Of a DNA stretch of 64,000 nucleotides, positions 52,057 through 63,040 are shown in pieces. The notes beneath the pieces are model-generated. The model was given only the letters and a program-made list of their open reading frames with translations. It searched no databases and was not told the origin of the DNA. Source of the stretch: a bacterium (GTDB lineage: Bacteria > SAR324 > NAC60-12); NCBI GenBank assembly GCA_965205865.1, contig CBDBHR010000024.1, forward strand, positions 64,001 to 128,000, in the 5' to 3' direction. The stretch's first letter is position 1; each line of letters starts with the position of its first letter. Made by a program: the position numbers and the translations under genes.

Positions 52057-52937
52057 TAGCTATAGATTCGATCAGGATCAGCGGGGTGAACCGCAAAATC
52101 CCAGACTGTAGAAAATGGTTCTACGGGAAAGGATAACTCTTCCCAGTTTTTACCGCCGTCTTCCGATCTGTAGGCTTGACCAGCAGACCCAGGAGGCCCG
52201 TCTCCACTTCCAAGAAAGAGTACCTCTGGTCTTCCTGGTTTTTGCTTCAAGCCCTTAATATATCCAAATTTCAATTTTTGCGTGAGGTTTTGAGGGACCC
52301 AGTTTTCTCCTTCCTCATTGAAAATGTTCAGGTCATTGTTACAAATAACCAAAACTTTTTTGTCATGTCCATTTTCAGGTATTATTCCCATACTGTGAAT
52401 GTCCGGTGATGAAATACCTTTCGTTAGATGTCTCCATGTCGCCCCGCAGTCGTCACTTCTGTACATACCGTCTATTTCGACGCCTGCCCAGACAGTAGAG
52501 GGTGAATCAGGATCGGCCATCAATGTCGTGACACGAGGGTGGTACATGTAATCACATTGTTCTGCCATCCCGACATTGAGACACTCCCAGGAATTTCCAC
52601 CATCAGTGGACCTGAACAACTCTCCGGGCCATGTACCCGCAAGAATTATTTTCGGGTTTTCAGGCAGGATGGCTTTTGACCAGATCTGACGGTCATCCAT
52701 CCCGCTTTCAAGGCGTATCCAATTTTCACCACAGTCTTCAGTACGGAAAAGACCATCGTTGGTTCCTGCATAAAGAACCCTGGGATCGTCAGGATGTACT
52801 AGCAGTGCGCGAACATCACAGTGAACGTTGAAGTTTTTGCCGTCACCCATATAAGTTTCCCAATTCACTCCCCCATTCTTACTCCGCCAAATACCATGGC
52901 CAATCGTTGCTAAAAATACTTTTGCATTGTTACTCAT
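52057..52937 (-). pseudogene. BNR/Asp-box beta-propeller (glycoside hydrolase/YCF48-like) protein, N-terminal part, interrupted by IS
   Basis: Repeated Asp-boxes RSKNGGVNW, RTEDCGENW, RSTDGGNSW, RSDDCGATW, RSEDGGKNW. Confidence 0.88.
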
Positions 52938-53120
52938 ACAAATTCTCCATAAAAATTAAGATATATTAAACCTGAATTATTCACTGATGTTACCGTGAAG
53001 AAAACAATCTGACCTACTGAAATTATATAGTTTGTTATTTTTATTCGTCCTCCGGAGTGAAAGCATAAGTTTTCATGAAGGTTACGTGCACGATCTTTGC
53101 AGTTATGCGTCTCATCGAGT

Positions 53121-53149
53121 TGTCATTCCTGGCGAAGACCAGGAATCCA
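53121..53149 (+). repeat. 29-bp palindromic REP-like repeat, left copy
   Basis: TGTCATTCCTGGCGAAGACCAGGAATCCA with internal stem ATTCCTGG/CCAGGAAT. Confidence 0.9.
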
Positions 53150-53171
53150 CTTTGCTAGCAATCCAGAGTGA

Positions 53172-53453
53172 CTAAAACGTTTCATATAAATCTATCCATT
53201 GAGGATTATTTTTCTCAATGAGTTCGATTTTCCAAGCTCGTTTCCATTTCTCGAGTTGTTTTTCTCTCCGGAGAGCAGCTGTTACCTCTGAAGCGGTCTC
53301 ATAGTATACCAATTGACGTACTTGGTATTTACTGGTAAATCCTTCTATGAGATTTTTTTATGTTCATAAACTCTTTTAAGAAGATCATTTGTCACTCAAA
53401 TATAGAGTACCATTTCTTTTACTTGCTAAGATATAAACGTAGTAGGTTTTCAT
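53172..53453 (-). pseudogene. GIY-YIG nuclease (UPF0213-like), frameshifted
   Basis: Manual translation MKTYYVYILASKRNGTLY / VTNDLLKRVYEHK / NLIEGFTSKYQVRQLVYYE...ALRREKQLEKWKRAWKIELIEKNNPQWIDLY with two frame breaks. Confidence 0.9.
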
Positions 53454-53465
53454 GATGGCGACTCC

Positions 53466-53494
53466 TGGATTCCTGGTCTTCGCCAGGAATGACA
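53466..53494 (-). repeat. 29-bp palindromic REP-like repeat, right copy
   Basis: TGGATTCCTGGTCTTCGCCAGGAATGACA, exact reverse complement of 53121-53149. Confidence 0.9.
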
Positions 53495-53936
53495 CACTTG
53501 TGGGGAAGCGTATTCATGGAAACCGCTGAATGCAAAAAATATACGCGTAACATGACTTATTCATCTTTTATATTGGGCTCAAATTCAATTCCTCGAGCTT
53601 TTACAGCATCCATAACTCCTTCAAAATTATTTTCTTTGATCTTCCATTCAACTCCTGAAATTTGTAATAGGTTCGAAACTTCAAGAAAGTGCGGCTCACT
53701 CCACCGCATTTGTGAGCGCTTCTTGGACTGCGAATTCCAAATTTGATCACCTCTTGCGGGTGGTCCCGGATCGGGAACCTGACCTCCGGGACTTCTTCCA
53801 GCAAGACGAGGGGGTTGATGAGCCCCGGGGCGGTTAGTTGGCCCTGCTTCATCTTACTCACTAACGCCACGATGATCGCGAAAACACTGGAAACGGCATT
53901 GGTGTTCAATAAATATTTCATGGAAGCCTGATGCTG

Positions 53937-54971
53937 TCAGAGTTTCGTCCAATCCAAGACCAGCAGCGGCTCCTCAAACTCCCGCCGCATGATGGCATGA
54001 TACAACTCGTTTGGGTTTTCGGGGGTTAGAGTGCGAACGACTCCTTCCAGGGGAATCTTACCCTGCTCCAACCATTTCAATGCGGTGGTAAAACCGGAAA
54101 AAATATCAAAGCGGGCATTGTTGTAGCGAGCATGCGGGTCTTCTACTAATTCCAGGGCCTGTGTATTCCCAGGAAATTCGTGGGAATACAGCGGTATTTC
54201 GTGTTCCCATCCGCTCCGCAATAAAACGATACGGTGAAATACGGCATGCAACACCTCTTGGGCATAAATATCGGAGAGGCGCCGCCAGGGGGTAGCAATC
54301 AGGACCACTTCCCCACGCATACGAACGACTTTGCAACCGTCGAGCACGGCTTGTTCATGCCCGGAGCAGTCGAGCACGAGAGCTACCTTGCCTGCGATGT
54401 TGGGATCGTTCAACGGCATTGTTTCGTAAGTCGGGGAGAGCCCTGTGGCAGCAGCCGTTTGCCGGCGACGAGCATCCGGTTCCACCACCGCCACTTGATA
54501 ACCGGAAATCCGAAACATATGGGCCGCTAAATATCCGACCGGACCAGTGCCACAGACGACCACCTGTTCACCGGGACGGGCAGCGGTCGTCATCAAAGTC
54601 GTCATGGGCACCCCCATCAGACGGGCGATTACGGCAGTTTCCGCACTCACGCCCTGAGGAACCGGCAGGGTCGCCCGGGCGTTGAGTTGCTGGGTGCTGC
54701 CGTGCCGGCCCATGCAGAAAAGCCGATCCCCCGGTTTGATCCCCTCGACCTCCGAACCACATGCTTCCACCTCGATTACTGCCGCATAACCCGGACGGAT
54801 TGGATATTTGATATTCTGAAGATCTCCCCTGAAAACGGCGGTCTCGGTCCCAAGACTAATGAGGGATGTCAGGGTACGCCCTCGCACATGGTGGTTTGGC
54901 AAGGGGGGATCTTCATAGGATTGCAACTCTGCCTGTTCTTTGGCAGTAAAAACAAAACCAACATTTGACAT
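53937..54971 (-). CDS. Zinc-binding/MDR-family alcohol dehydrogenase
   Basis: SLISLGTE, PGY, GDRLF, VCGTGPVG, LDCSG. Confidence 0.88.
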   Translation of the reverse strand: MSNVGFVFTAKEQAELQSYEDPPLPNHHVRGRTLTSLISLGTETAVFRGDLQNIKYPIRPGYAAVIEVEACGSEVEGIKPGDRLFCMGRHGSTQQLNARATLPVPQGVSAETAVIARLMGVPMTTLMTTAARPGEQVVVCGTGPVGYLAAHMFRISGYQVAVVEPDARRRQTAAATGLSPTYETMPLNDPNIAGKVALVLDCSGHEQAVLDGCKVVRMRGEVVLIATPWRRLSDIYAQEVLHAVFHRIVLLRSGWEHEIPLYSHEFPGNTQALELVEDPHARYNNARFDIFSGFTTALKWLEQGKIPLEGVVRTLTPENPNELYHAIMRREFEEPLLVLDWTKL

Positions 54972-55231
54972 AGTGGCCTCTTACATGGAAATAGCTGTTA
55001 CAGCTTTTTTTGTTCGTTCAATATTCCCCCAAGGGGGTAGATAATATCACAAGACGGACGACACCTGCACCTGCCATCTTCAGGCATGAATGGTCTTCTG
55101 TTATCAATGGGTCAACATTGACAAATCCTTTGACTTGATGCTGGTAGACCTGATGTTCACTTAAAAAAGGGTTGACTTTGTTCATGAAGATTTTCTTTTT
55201 TTTGTCTGTTTCTTGGTAATAGACCCAGATA

Positions 55232-56287
55232 TTAATCGAAATAAGGGTCAATTTTAACCCAGCTTTGTTTTGCGGCGCCTTGGTAAATTGCTTCCATTAC
55301 ATAGCTTCCATATGCGGCTTCTTTGACGCTTACAAGATGTTTGGGTTGGTTGCTGACAACTGCATCCAGAAACAGATCAAGGGGCAAGGGCAATGTATCG
55401 GGAAGATCGGTCCAAGGTTCCTTCCCTGAGGCGCCAGGAATACTTTCCATCAGCAGGTAAAGGTCGTCTTCTGAATCTGAAGTGTTTGCCGGCATACCTG
55501 GCAAGCACCTCATTTGGGCATGACCTTCGGTACCACTTATAATCAGCGACGTAGGTTGTAAAATATCTATCCAGCTTGCAGAGATGCTTGCCAGGGTGCC
55601 GTTGTTAAAACGGAGCAAGGCCTCGCCACACTCTTCACATCCGGGATACTTTTGAATCGGCTGCGTAAAGGTGGCCGTAACTGCTTCCAACTTTGCAAGA
55701 TCTTGCATGAACCAGAGCAAAAGGTCTAGTAAGTGAGTGCCAAGATCTCCAAATGCCCCCATTCCTGACAGAGTCAGGTCAGTCATCCAGAGCCAATCCG
55801 AATAAAATATGTCATTGAATATTGCAGTAGTCCCAAAATCCAGACGAATCCTACTGATTTTCCCAAACCGATTTTCACTCAGAAGTTGTTTTATGAATCG
55901 ATGAGGAGCAAGACCCCGCTTAAAGTATCCGGTTTGAAAAATCACTCCCGCTGATTCCAGAGCCTGTTTAATTTTCGTTGCATCAGACAAGCCAATTCCC
56001 AATGGTTTCTCAATGAAACAATGTTTTTTTGATTCTGCTATCCGCAGGGCCAGTGATTCATGTCGACTGGTCTGAGACAATACAACTACAGCATCTATAT
56101 CCGGAATTTTAAGAATTGAAGAAACTTCGGTCATCGACCTACAATGAAACTTACTGGCATACTTTTGCGCAATTGCAGGATCAGGATCCCAGACGGCTTC
56201 TACTTCCACATCGTGCCGATTCATCAACATATCTGAAAAACCAGGCGTGTGGATATGAGTTGAACCTAATAAAGCAATTTTTTTCAT
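55232..56287 (-). CDS. Gfo/Idh/MocA family oxidoreductase
   Basis: EKP motif, GAFGDLGTHLLD, GTEG. Confidence 0.9.
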   Translation of the reverse strand: MKKIALLGSTHIHTPGFSDMLMNRHDVEVEAVWDPDPAIAQKYASKFHCRSMTEVSSILKIPDIDAVVVLSQTSRHESLALRIAESKKHCFIEKPLGIGLSDATKIKQALESAGVIFQTGYFKRGLAPHRFIKQLLSENRFGKISRIRLDFGTTAIFNDIFYSDWLWMTDLTLSGMGAFGDLGTHLLDLLLWFMQDLAKLEAVTATFTQPIQKYPGCEECGEALLRFNNGTLASISASWIDILQPTSLIISGTEGHAQMRCLPGMPANTSDSEDDLYLLMESIPGASGKEPWTDLPDTLPLPLDLFLDAVVSNQPKHLVSVKEAAYGSYVMEAIYQGAAKQSWVKIDPYFD

Positions 56288-56394
56288 ATTTTAAAGTTTC
56301 TGTTAAGAATTATTTTAATCTTCTGATAAAAACATAATATTCGAAGCATTGGTGTTCGGGATTTAATTTATTAAATTCTTATCTCGAACTCGGG

Positions 56395-56721
56395 TTAGAC
56401 AGCTTTTTCCAGCATCTCTGTCGCCCACTGATTGATGCTTTTATCACTGACTTTAGCCGCTATCGCTACTGAGGCATGGAGTTTTGGTGAAATACGTAAT
56501 GTGAGCTTGCCCGAAAAAGGTTTTTGTGGAGCGCGTCCCAACTTCTTGCATGTTTCTAAATAATCATCCACTGCATCTTCAAATGCCATACGCAAATCAG
56601 CAACGGATTCTCCATGAAAACCTATAACATCGCGGATATTGGCAATATGACCAATAAAGCATTGATCCTCATGGCTATACTCAATTCGGGCTGTAAACTC
56701 TTTATAAGTCATAGTATTCAT
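56395..56721 (-). CDS. hicB: HicB family antitoxin
   Basis: MTYKEFTARIEYS, FHGESV, AVDDYL, FSGKLTLRI...SINQW. Confidence 0.93.
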   Translation of the reverse strand: MNTMTYKEFTARIEYSHEDQCFIGHIANIRDVIGFHGESVADLRMAFEDAVDDYLETCKKLGRAPQKPFSGKLTLRISPKLHASVAIAAKVSDKSINQWATEMLEKAV

Positions 56722-56972
56722 ATTTTTTCTCCTGCTTGCTCTAAAAAACTGCGAGCATCGCGAACTTGATATGGCTCAGCTTCTTTATGGGGATGAGGAC
56801 GATGAAAAGTGGCTACAATGTCATTCAATTCAAATCTTACCCTCGATCCTCTTCCCTCGATAGTTTGGGCTCCAAGAGCAATAAATAATGCCTCGATGCG
56901 AGACCATTCTAAAGTATTGGGGGTTGGATCGCTAAAGATGGTAGTCGAGGTTTTGAGATGTTTATTGTTCAT
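56718..56972 (-). CDS. hicA: HicA family toxin
   Basis: W..IEALF.ALG, EGRGSRV, FHRPHP; overlaps hicB by 4 nt. Confidence 0.9.
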   Translation of the reverse strand: MNNKHLKTSTTIFSDPTPNTLEWSRIEALFIALGAQTIEGRGSRVRFELNDIVATFHRPHPHKEAEPYQVRDARSFLEQAGEKI

Positions 56973-57359
56973 AATGAGAATGACATCATAATATGCCGCC
57001 ACTTACAAGTCTATTGTAATGGATGCCGAACGCGGAAATAACCGGACCGCTTTACACATAAATCGAAAAAAATTCTTATATCAAAAATGCCTCTGAATCG
57101 AAGCAAAACGCTCTATGTCAAGGCTCCGGATTATTGATTTGCCTGTGCCCGGCCTGGGCGGTACGCAAAACTTTACTATCTTCGCCCGCCTCCGGATCGA
57201 CCAGGAGCTGAAGAAGGAGATGGGGCATTAGACCATTCTTCCAAACCAGCCCTTTGAGAGGTTTTCAGGCCGGCGGGCGGTGCCTTTATAACACCCGCCG
57301 TTTCTTGATATACATAATATCTTCGAGATGGAGGGCTCCTTCGGCGCCCTCTATCTTTC

Positions 57360-57550
57360 TCAAATTCGGGAGTCAGCGTCTCCCGATTATCTGACAACGT
57401 GAGGGTAATTATTTTCCCCAGGTCCAGGATGCTCTCTCAAAGTGGGAGCGATCCTCAGGAGTTAATCAAGAATCTTTCTTTCAGTCATTTTGCGGAACTG
57501 ATTGCCATTGAGGATGATACAAAACGAGCATTTTACGAATGAATGCTATT
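57360..57550 (+). pseudogene. YhcG/DUF1016 (PD-(D/E)XK nuclease-associated) fragment
   Basis: QIRESASP and LSFSHFAELIAIEDDTKRAFYE followed by a stop. Confidence 0.6.
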
Positions 57551-57735
57551 GTTCGACCTCACTTTAATTCAATCTTGCAAGTATACCGCAGAAGTTTCAA
57601 ATGCCTCCTCGGGTGTTCCCTGAAAACTACCATTGTTGAAAAAACGGGGCTCATACTTTTCAAGACCGTATGTGTAAAAAGCCATCGACCAACGATTTTG
57701 ATCTTCTACTTTTGGTCGAACCATTGATTATCCGG

Positions 57736-57860
57736 CTAATGTATAAGTTGATCGTATTCTGTATGCGTACCGGTCCAAAACCAGATTCGCCCTTCTTCCT
57801 TTTCTACTGCCTCAGTTCGATACTTTCCGCAGGCGTGGCATCGGAGAGAGAAATTCGGTT
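57736..57860 (-). pseudogene. ParE/HigB-like toxin C-terminal remnant
   Basis: YRTEAVEKEEGRIWFWTGTHTEYDQLI resembles the WFWIG.H.EYD ending. Confidence 0.55.
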
Positions 57861-57959
57861 GTCTTCTGAGTGCTTCTGAAAAGGGTTGAGTTTGGGGAAA
57901 TGCTACTCTATAATTTGGCTTGATCAATTGGCCTTTCTTTACACGCTTTTCCCGTAGAG

Positions 57960-58718
57960 ATGTCTATGCTGGCTCCTCATAAACACCCAGTTTATTATCC
58001 CGAATCCGATGGTAAACCGATGGCTGAAACCGATGTGCATCGCAACTTGATCATCAAAATGGTGGATTTGTTGCAAGAAGCCTATCCGGAGGCTTATGTT
58101 TCCGGAAATATCTGTTTGTACTATGAAGAAGGCAATCCCAAAAAGATGATTTCCCCGGATGCGCTCCTGTGCAGTTCCCAACCCCCCGGTGAAAAACGCG
58201 TCTATTTAGCCTGGGAGGAGGAGGCTCCCTTGGATTTGGTGATGGAGTTCAGTTCTCGCTCCACCCATCGGGAAGACCATCATAAAAAGAAACGGATTTA
58301 TGAACATCTCCTCAAAGTGCCCTATTATGTCATTTTCAATCCCCATGTCGTCTATTTGAATGTTTTTGCCTTGGAAGCCGGTGAGTACCGTCTTCTGGAG
58401 ACCGATGAACACGGCTGTTTCCTGTTGGAGACCTTAGACCTTCAGGTGGCCATTGAACACTCCAATTCCCTGAGATTGTTTGATGGGAAAGGTCGACCGG
58501 TTTTGACGAGGGCGGAGAGAGAAGCCAAACGAGCCGATCAAGAAGCCAAACGAGCCGATCAAGAAGCCAAACGAGCCGATCAAGAAGCCAAACGAGCCGA
58601 ACAGGCGATTATCGAAAAAGAGGAGGAAAAAAGTCAAAAGGAAGGGGCCTTGGCGGAACAGAAACGACTGCGGGTCTTGCTCAAATCCGCAGGGATTGAT
58701 CCGGATACGGAACATTAA
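57960..58718 (+). CDS. Uma2 (DUF820) family endonuclease with coiled-coil repeat tail
   Basis: YPESDGKPMAET..H, SPD, PLDLVMEFSS.ST..ED, KK.IY, V.YY..FNP. Confidence 0.9.
   Translation: MSMLAPHKHPVYYPESDGKPMAETDVHRNLIIKMVDLLQEAYPEAYVSGNICLYYEEGNPKKMISPDALLCSSQPPGEKRVYLAWEEEAPLDLVMEFSSRSTHREDHHKKKRIYEHLLKVPYYVIFNPHVVYLNVFALEAGEYRLLETDEHGCFLLETLDLQVAIEHSNSLRLFDGKGRPVLTRAEREAKRADQEAKRADQEAKRADQEAKRAEQAIIEKEEEKSQKEGALAEQKRLRVLLKSAGIDPDTEH
58521..58601. repeat. About 4 tandem 21-bp units (EAKRADQ)
   Basis: gaagccaaacgagccgatcaa x3 plus a partial copy. Confidence 0.92.
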
Positions 58719-59499
58719 CCCTACCAATGTCAGGGCATCAACCATACTACGTAAATGTAGCAAGATGCTCAACATAATACTGCCAATACCGCTCAACAAA
58801 ATATGATCGAATAGAGATGGAAATGAAGAAAAAACAAAACAGCGAGATCCTGCGCTTGAAAAAACAAATTCTTCCGGAGCGTGGGAAACGGCAAAAAACG
58901 CAATCACTTCCCCAGCCGCAAGCAGTCGACCCCCATTAAAAATCTGCTCAACGATCTTTCTCAATCAGTTTCGAGATGAAAGTTCAGCCCGGTTTCCAGA
59001 TTGAACCGTGTTTGGACAAAACAACATATGGAGGGCTTTGCTGAGTTTTAGAGCTTGATATAACCGGAACAATCCGTTTACTGTACAAAAGCGTTTCGGG
59101 CAATTCAATAAAGCAATACCAAAAAAGCGAAACCTGGCTCCGGAGCCGGACCACAAGACATAGTTGAAAATCGCGGTGTTGCTGAAGAAGAGGACAAAAT
59201 CTATTTTCCAGGCTGGCGAGACCAATTTCATGAAAACAAAAGCTTTACCTGGCTGTGAAGCAAATAACAGTTGCTCTGAAAAAACATAAGCAGTTGCCGG
59301 ACGGACAATCCTACTGAAACAAAGAGGTTTGGTCTGCCAGAATAAAAATCGCCTATCACAATAGCGTCGACCCCGGCAGCATAAAGCTGCCTTTCACGCG
59401 AAACGTTGGCTCTATGGTACGAGTAAATCGAAATAAACTGGCTATGACTTCATTTGTAATGGGCGTAGCGGCACATACAAAGGGGAATTCGGACCAGGA

Positions 59500-60129
59500 A
59501 TGACTAACGACAAATACTGCATGTCTTTTACAACGGGCGGTCTGTTTCACCATGAGTCGCTGAATCTGGCAGTGCTCTATCTGGACATCGAGGACTGGAA
59601 TACCGTACGACAAAAGGTCATGGCTGAAAACCTTTTGCAGGCCCGGACACTGAACACCTCGAGGCGAGTTTGTCGCGAAATTATTTCCCGTCTGAAAACC
59701 CTCGACGCCGGTGAACTGGACTTGCTCGTGGCAAGCAATCCCCGGGAGCAGGGTTACCTCTTATGGCTCGCCGTCTGTCGTCGGTACAGGTTTATCGCTG
59801 ATTTCGCCGTCGAAGTCATGCGAGAGCGTTTCATCACTTTGAAAACCGATTTAAATTACGCGGACTTCGATGCTTTTTTCAACCGGAAATCGGAGTGGTA
59901 TGCTGAATTGGACCAACTCCGGTCAACAACCAGAAACAAGCTGCGGCAGGTGCTGTTCAAAATGCTCCGCGAAGCAGATCTCCTGACGGCAAACAACATG
60001 ATTAAGGCGACCATGCTCAGCCCCGGGCTTGTGGAGGTGATATCTCATGGCAACCGCCGGGATGTTTTTTTCTTCCCTGCTTTTGAATCGGCCTTTGTCT
60101 CGAACAAGAACAGGAAAATGGCAGAATGA
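59500..60129 (+). CDS. brxA: BREX protein BrxA (DUF1819)
   Basis: YCMSFTTGGL, NLLQART, LLWLAVCRRY, KLRQVLFKMLREA; first gene of A-B-C order. Confidence 0.9.
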   Translation: MTNDKYCMSFTTGGLFHHESLNLAVLYLDIEDWNTVRQKVMAENLLQARTLNTSRRVCREIISRLKTLDAGELDLLVASNPREQGYLLWLAVCRRYRFIADFAVEVMRERFITLKTDLNYADFDAFFNRKSEWYAELDQLRSTTRNKLRQVLFKMLREADLLTANNMIKATMLSPGLVEVISHGNRRDVFFFPAFESAFVSNKNRKMAE

Positions 60130-60737
60130 AAACAGACATTGCAACAATGTCGCTGGCGGATAGGTTCGAGCATCTTTTCATTGTGATCTCATCACTGCGC
60201 TTTCGTCGGAAGCAAGGTCTCGGTAACGAAGTGCCGTTCTTCATTTGTCCCTTCAAACCGCAAGAGGCGGTTGAAATGGAGCGAAGCCAGCGCATTTTGA
60301 TCAACCGCTTGGAAAAAGCCGGTGTGTCAATCCTGGCGATCAACCTGTACAATCTTTCCATAAAAATCCTGCGAGACCGAGGTATTTGGGAACAGATTCT
60401 TGAAATGGAAAAAACAGTTTCCAAGGAGCAGTTCAAAGAGTTGCTGCAGGGTGTACTGGACCCGGAAGCACATCTTATACCGGCCATCGCGGACAAATTG
60501 GCAAGCACTGATTTCGAAGTTCTTTTTCTTTCCGGCGTTGGCGAAGCGTACCCCTGCATTCGCTCCCACAACGTATTGAGTAACCTGCAGAGTACTGCGA
60601 AAGAGAAACCGACCATCTTGTTTTTCCCGGGCGCCTATACTTACTCCAGGGAATCGGGAGCCTCGCTCGACATCTTCGGACGACTTCACGAAGACAGGTA
60701 TTACCGGGCGTTCAATATCTTTCACTGCGAAGTATAA
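60126..60737 (+). CDS. brxB: BREX protein BrxB (DUF1788)
   Basis: GLGNEVPFFIC, GVGEAYP.IRSH.VL.NL, FFPG.Y, YYRAFN. Confidence 0.92.
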   Translation: MKTDIATMSLADRFEHLFIVISSLRFRRKQGLGNEVPFFICPFKPQEAVEMERSQRILINRLEKAGVSILAINLYNLSIKILRDRGIWEQILEMEKTVSKEQFKELLQGVLDPEAHLIPAIADKLASTDFEVLFLSGVGEAYPCIRSHNVLSNLQSTAKEKPTILFFPGAYTYSRESGASLDIFGRLHEDRYYRAFNIFHCEV

Positions 60738-60748
60738 ACAAGGAAAAC

Positions 60749-63028
60749 GTGATGACTCTCAAGACCATTTTCAATAAGCCGGTTGACCGTCCGATAGAAG
60801 GGGTCATCAAGGCCGATGATGCGGCGAGCCTGCATCTTGAAGTGGAAGAATACGTACTCACTAACGAAGTGGCAAAGTGTCTGGAAGCCTTTCTGCATGC
60901 CTACAACAATTATGCAGGGGCCAATGGCGTCTGGATATCCGGCTTTTTCGGTTCCGGCAAGTCGTATCTGCTGAAGATGTTGGCGCTGCTGCTGGAAAAC
61001 CGCCAGATCGACGGCGTCGCGGCATTCGACCTGTTCCTGCCCAAATGTGCTGATAACGAATTTCTTCGAGCCGATCTCGAGCGGGCAGTCGGCATCCCCG
61101 CCAAGAGTATTCTGTTCAATATCGATCAAAAAGCCGACATTATCAGCAAAACCCAGATCGACGCCTTGCTTGCTGTTTTCGTCAAGGTCTTTGACGATAT
61201 ATGCGGCTACTATGGTAAGCAGGGACACATCGCTCAGTTCGAACGAGACCTGGAAAGCCGGGGACTCTATACAGGGTTCAAGACCAACTACGAATCCATC
61301 GCGGGACGGACCTGGCAGGAAGGTCGCGAACAGGGGCTGCTGGAAACCGGCAATATTGCCAAAGCCTATGCGCAAACAACCGGTGACAACGAAACTCCAG
61401 CCATGGGCATACTCGAAAAGTACCGCAGTGAGTACCGGGTCTCCATCGAAGACTTTGCAGAGCAGGCGCATGCCTATATCGAAAAGCAGTCACCCGATTT
61501 CCGTCTGAATTTTTTTGTCGACGAGGTGGGCCAGTACATCGCCGGAAACGTCAAGCTCATGACCAATATGCAGACCATTGCCGAGAGTCTGGCCACCCGC
61601 TGCCGAGGCCGCGCCTGGGTCATGGTGACCGCTCAGGAGGATATGGAAATGGTCGTGGGTGATATGGGCAAACAGCAGGGTAACGACTTTTCCAAGATCC
61701 AGGCCCGGTTTGCCAACCGCATGAAATTGACCAGCGCTGATGTGGCGGAAGTGATTCAAGAACGCCTGCTGAAGAAGAATGATGCTGCTGAAGGACCACT
61801 GTCAGAAATCCATAAAACCCAAACGAACAACTTCAAGACCCTGTTCGACTTTGCGGATGGCTCCCAGACCTATCGCAACTTCCGGGACCAGGATCATTTT
61901 ATCCGGTTTTATCCGTTCATTCCTTATCAATTCTCGCTGTTCCAGTCTGCCATTCAGAACCTGTCGCTGCACGAAGCTTTCGAGGGTAAACACAGTTCCG
62001 TGGGTGAACGCTCCATGCTGGGCGTATTCCAGCAGGTTACCATTCAGATCTGCGACCATGAAATTGGCCAACTCGCCACCTTTGACCTGATGTTCGAGGG
62101 TATTCGGACTGCGCTGAAATCCGGCATTCAGCGGGCTATCATCCAGGCCGAAAACCATCTCGACAATCCCTTTGCTCTGCGTCTGCTGAAAACGTTGTTT
62201 CTGGTCAAATACGTGAAGGAGTTCAAAGCGACGCTCCGTAACCTTCGCATCCTGATGCTGGACGGCTTTGACCAGGATATTCCCAGTCTGAGCGAACAGG
62301 TTCAGGAGGCGCTTAATCTGCTGGAACAACAGACCTGTATACAGCGTAACGGTGATTCCTACGACTATCTCACCAACGAAGAGAAATACGTCGAGCAAGA
62401 GATCAAAAACACCGAGGTGGAAAATGCTGTTGTTGCTGACGAACTGGCAGAAATCGTATTCGACCATGTAATCAAACACAAAAAAATCCGTTGCGAAGGC
62501 CCGCCATACAACGGGCAGGATTATCACTATTCAAGGAAACTCGATGACCGTCTGCTTGGACGGGAACAGGAGCTTGCCATCCACGTTGTCAGCCCCTTCA
62601 ATGAGAATATCGATAACGAGCATAATTTACGGATGCATAGTCTGGGAAGGAATGAGTTGTTGGTGTTGATGCCGCCTGATGACCGTCTGGTGCGCGACCT
62701 ACTGACGTACAAGAGGACCGAGAAGTACATCCAACAGAATATTTCTATTACTCAGCAAGATACAGTCAAACGTATCCTGAGCCACAAGGGATTCTATAAT
62801 CGGCAACGCCATGGAGAGTTGCAGCAGCAGGTAAGCAATCTTCTGAGAAGTGCCGGATTGTTTGTGGCTGGCAGCAAAGTGGACATCGGCAACGGGGATG
62901 CGCAAACCCGTATCATTGACGGCTTTCAAGATCTCGTCACACGGGCCTACCCGAACCTGCAGATGCTACGCGGCATTGCCTACGTTGAAGATGATATCGA
63001 TAAATACATGACTTTCGGATATTTATAA
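60749..63028 (+). pseudogene. brxC: BREX P-loop ATPase BrxC, truncated by a transposase insertion
   Basis: RPIEGVIKAD, WISGFFGSGKS, VDEVGQY, TAQE, YPFIPYQF; ends abruptly in AT-rich sequence next to a convergent transposase. Confidence 0.88.
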
Positions 63029-63040
63029 ATAAATTAGTGT

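Noticed and set aside
53557-53921. 106-aa ORF 53601-53921 as a gene
   Set aside because: Looks like a chimera of unrelated fragments including a dehydrogenase-like tail; no coherent domain.
56990-57420. Integron attC sites around hicAB
   Set aside because: No convincing RYYYAAC/GTTRRRY pair with a stem and no integrase in the window.
60017-62527. Long minus-strand ORFs opposite brxABC
   Set aside because: Antisense shadows without recognisable motifs.
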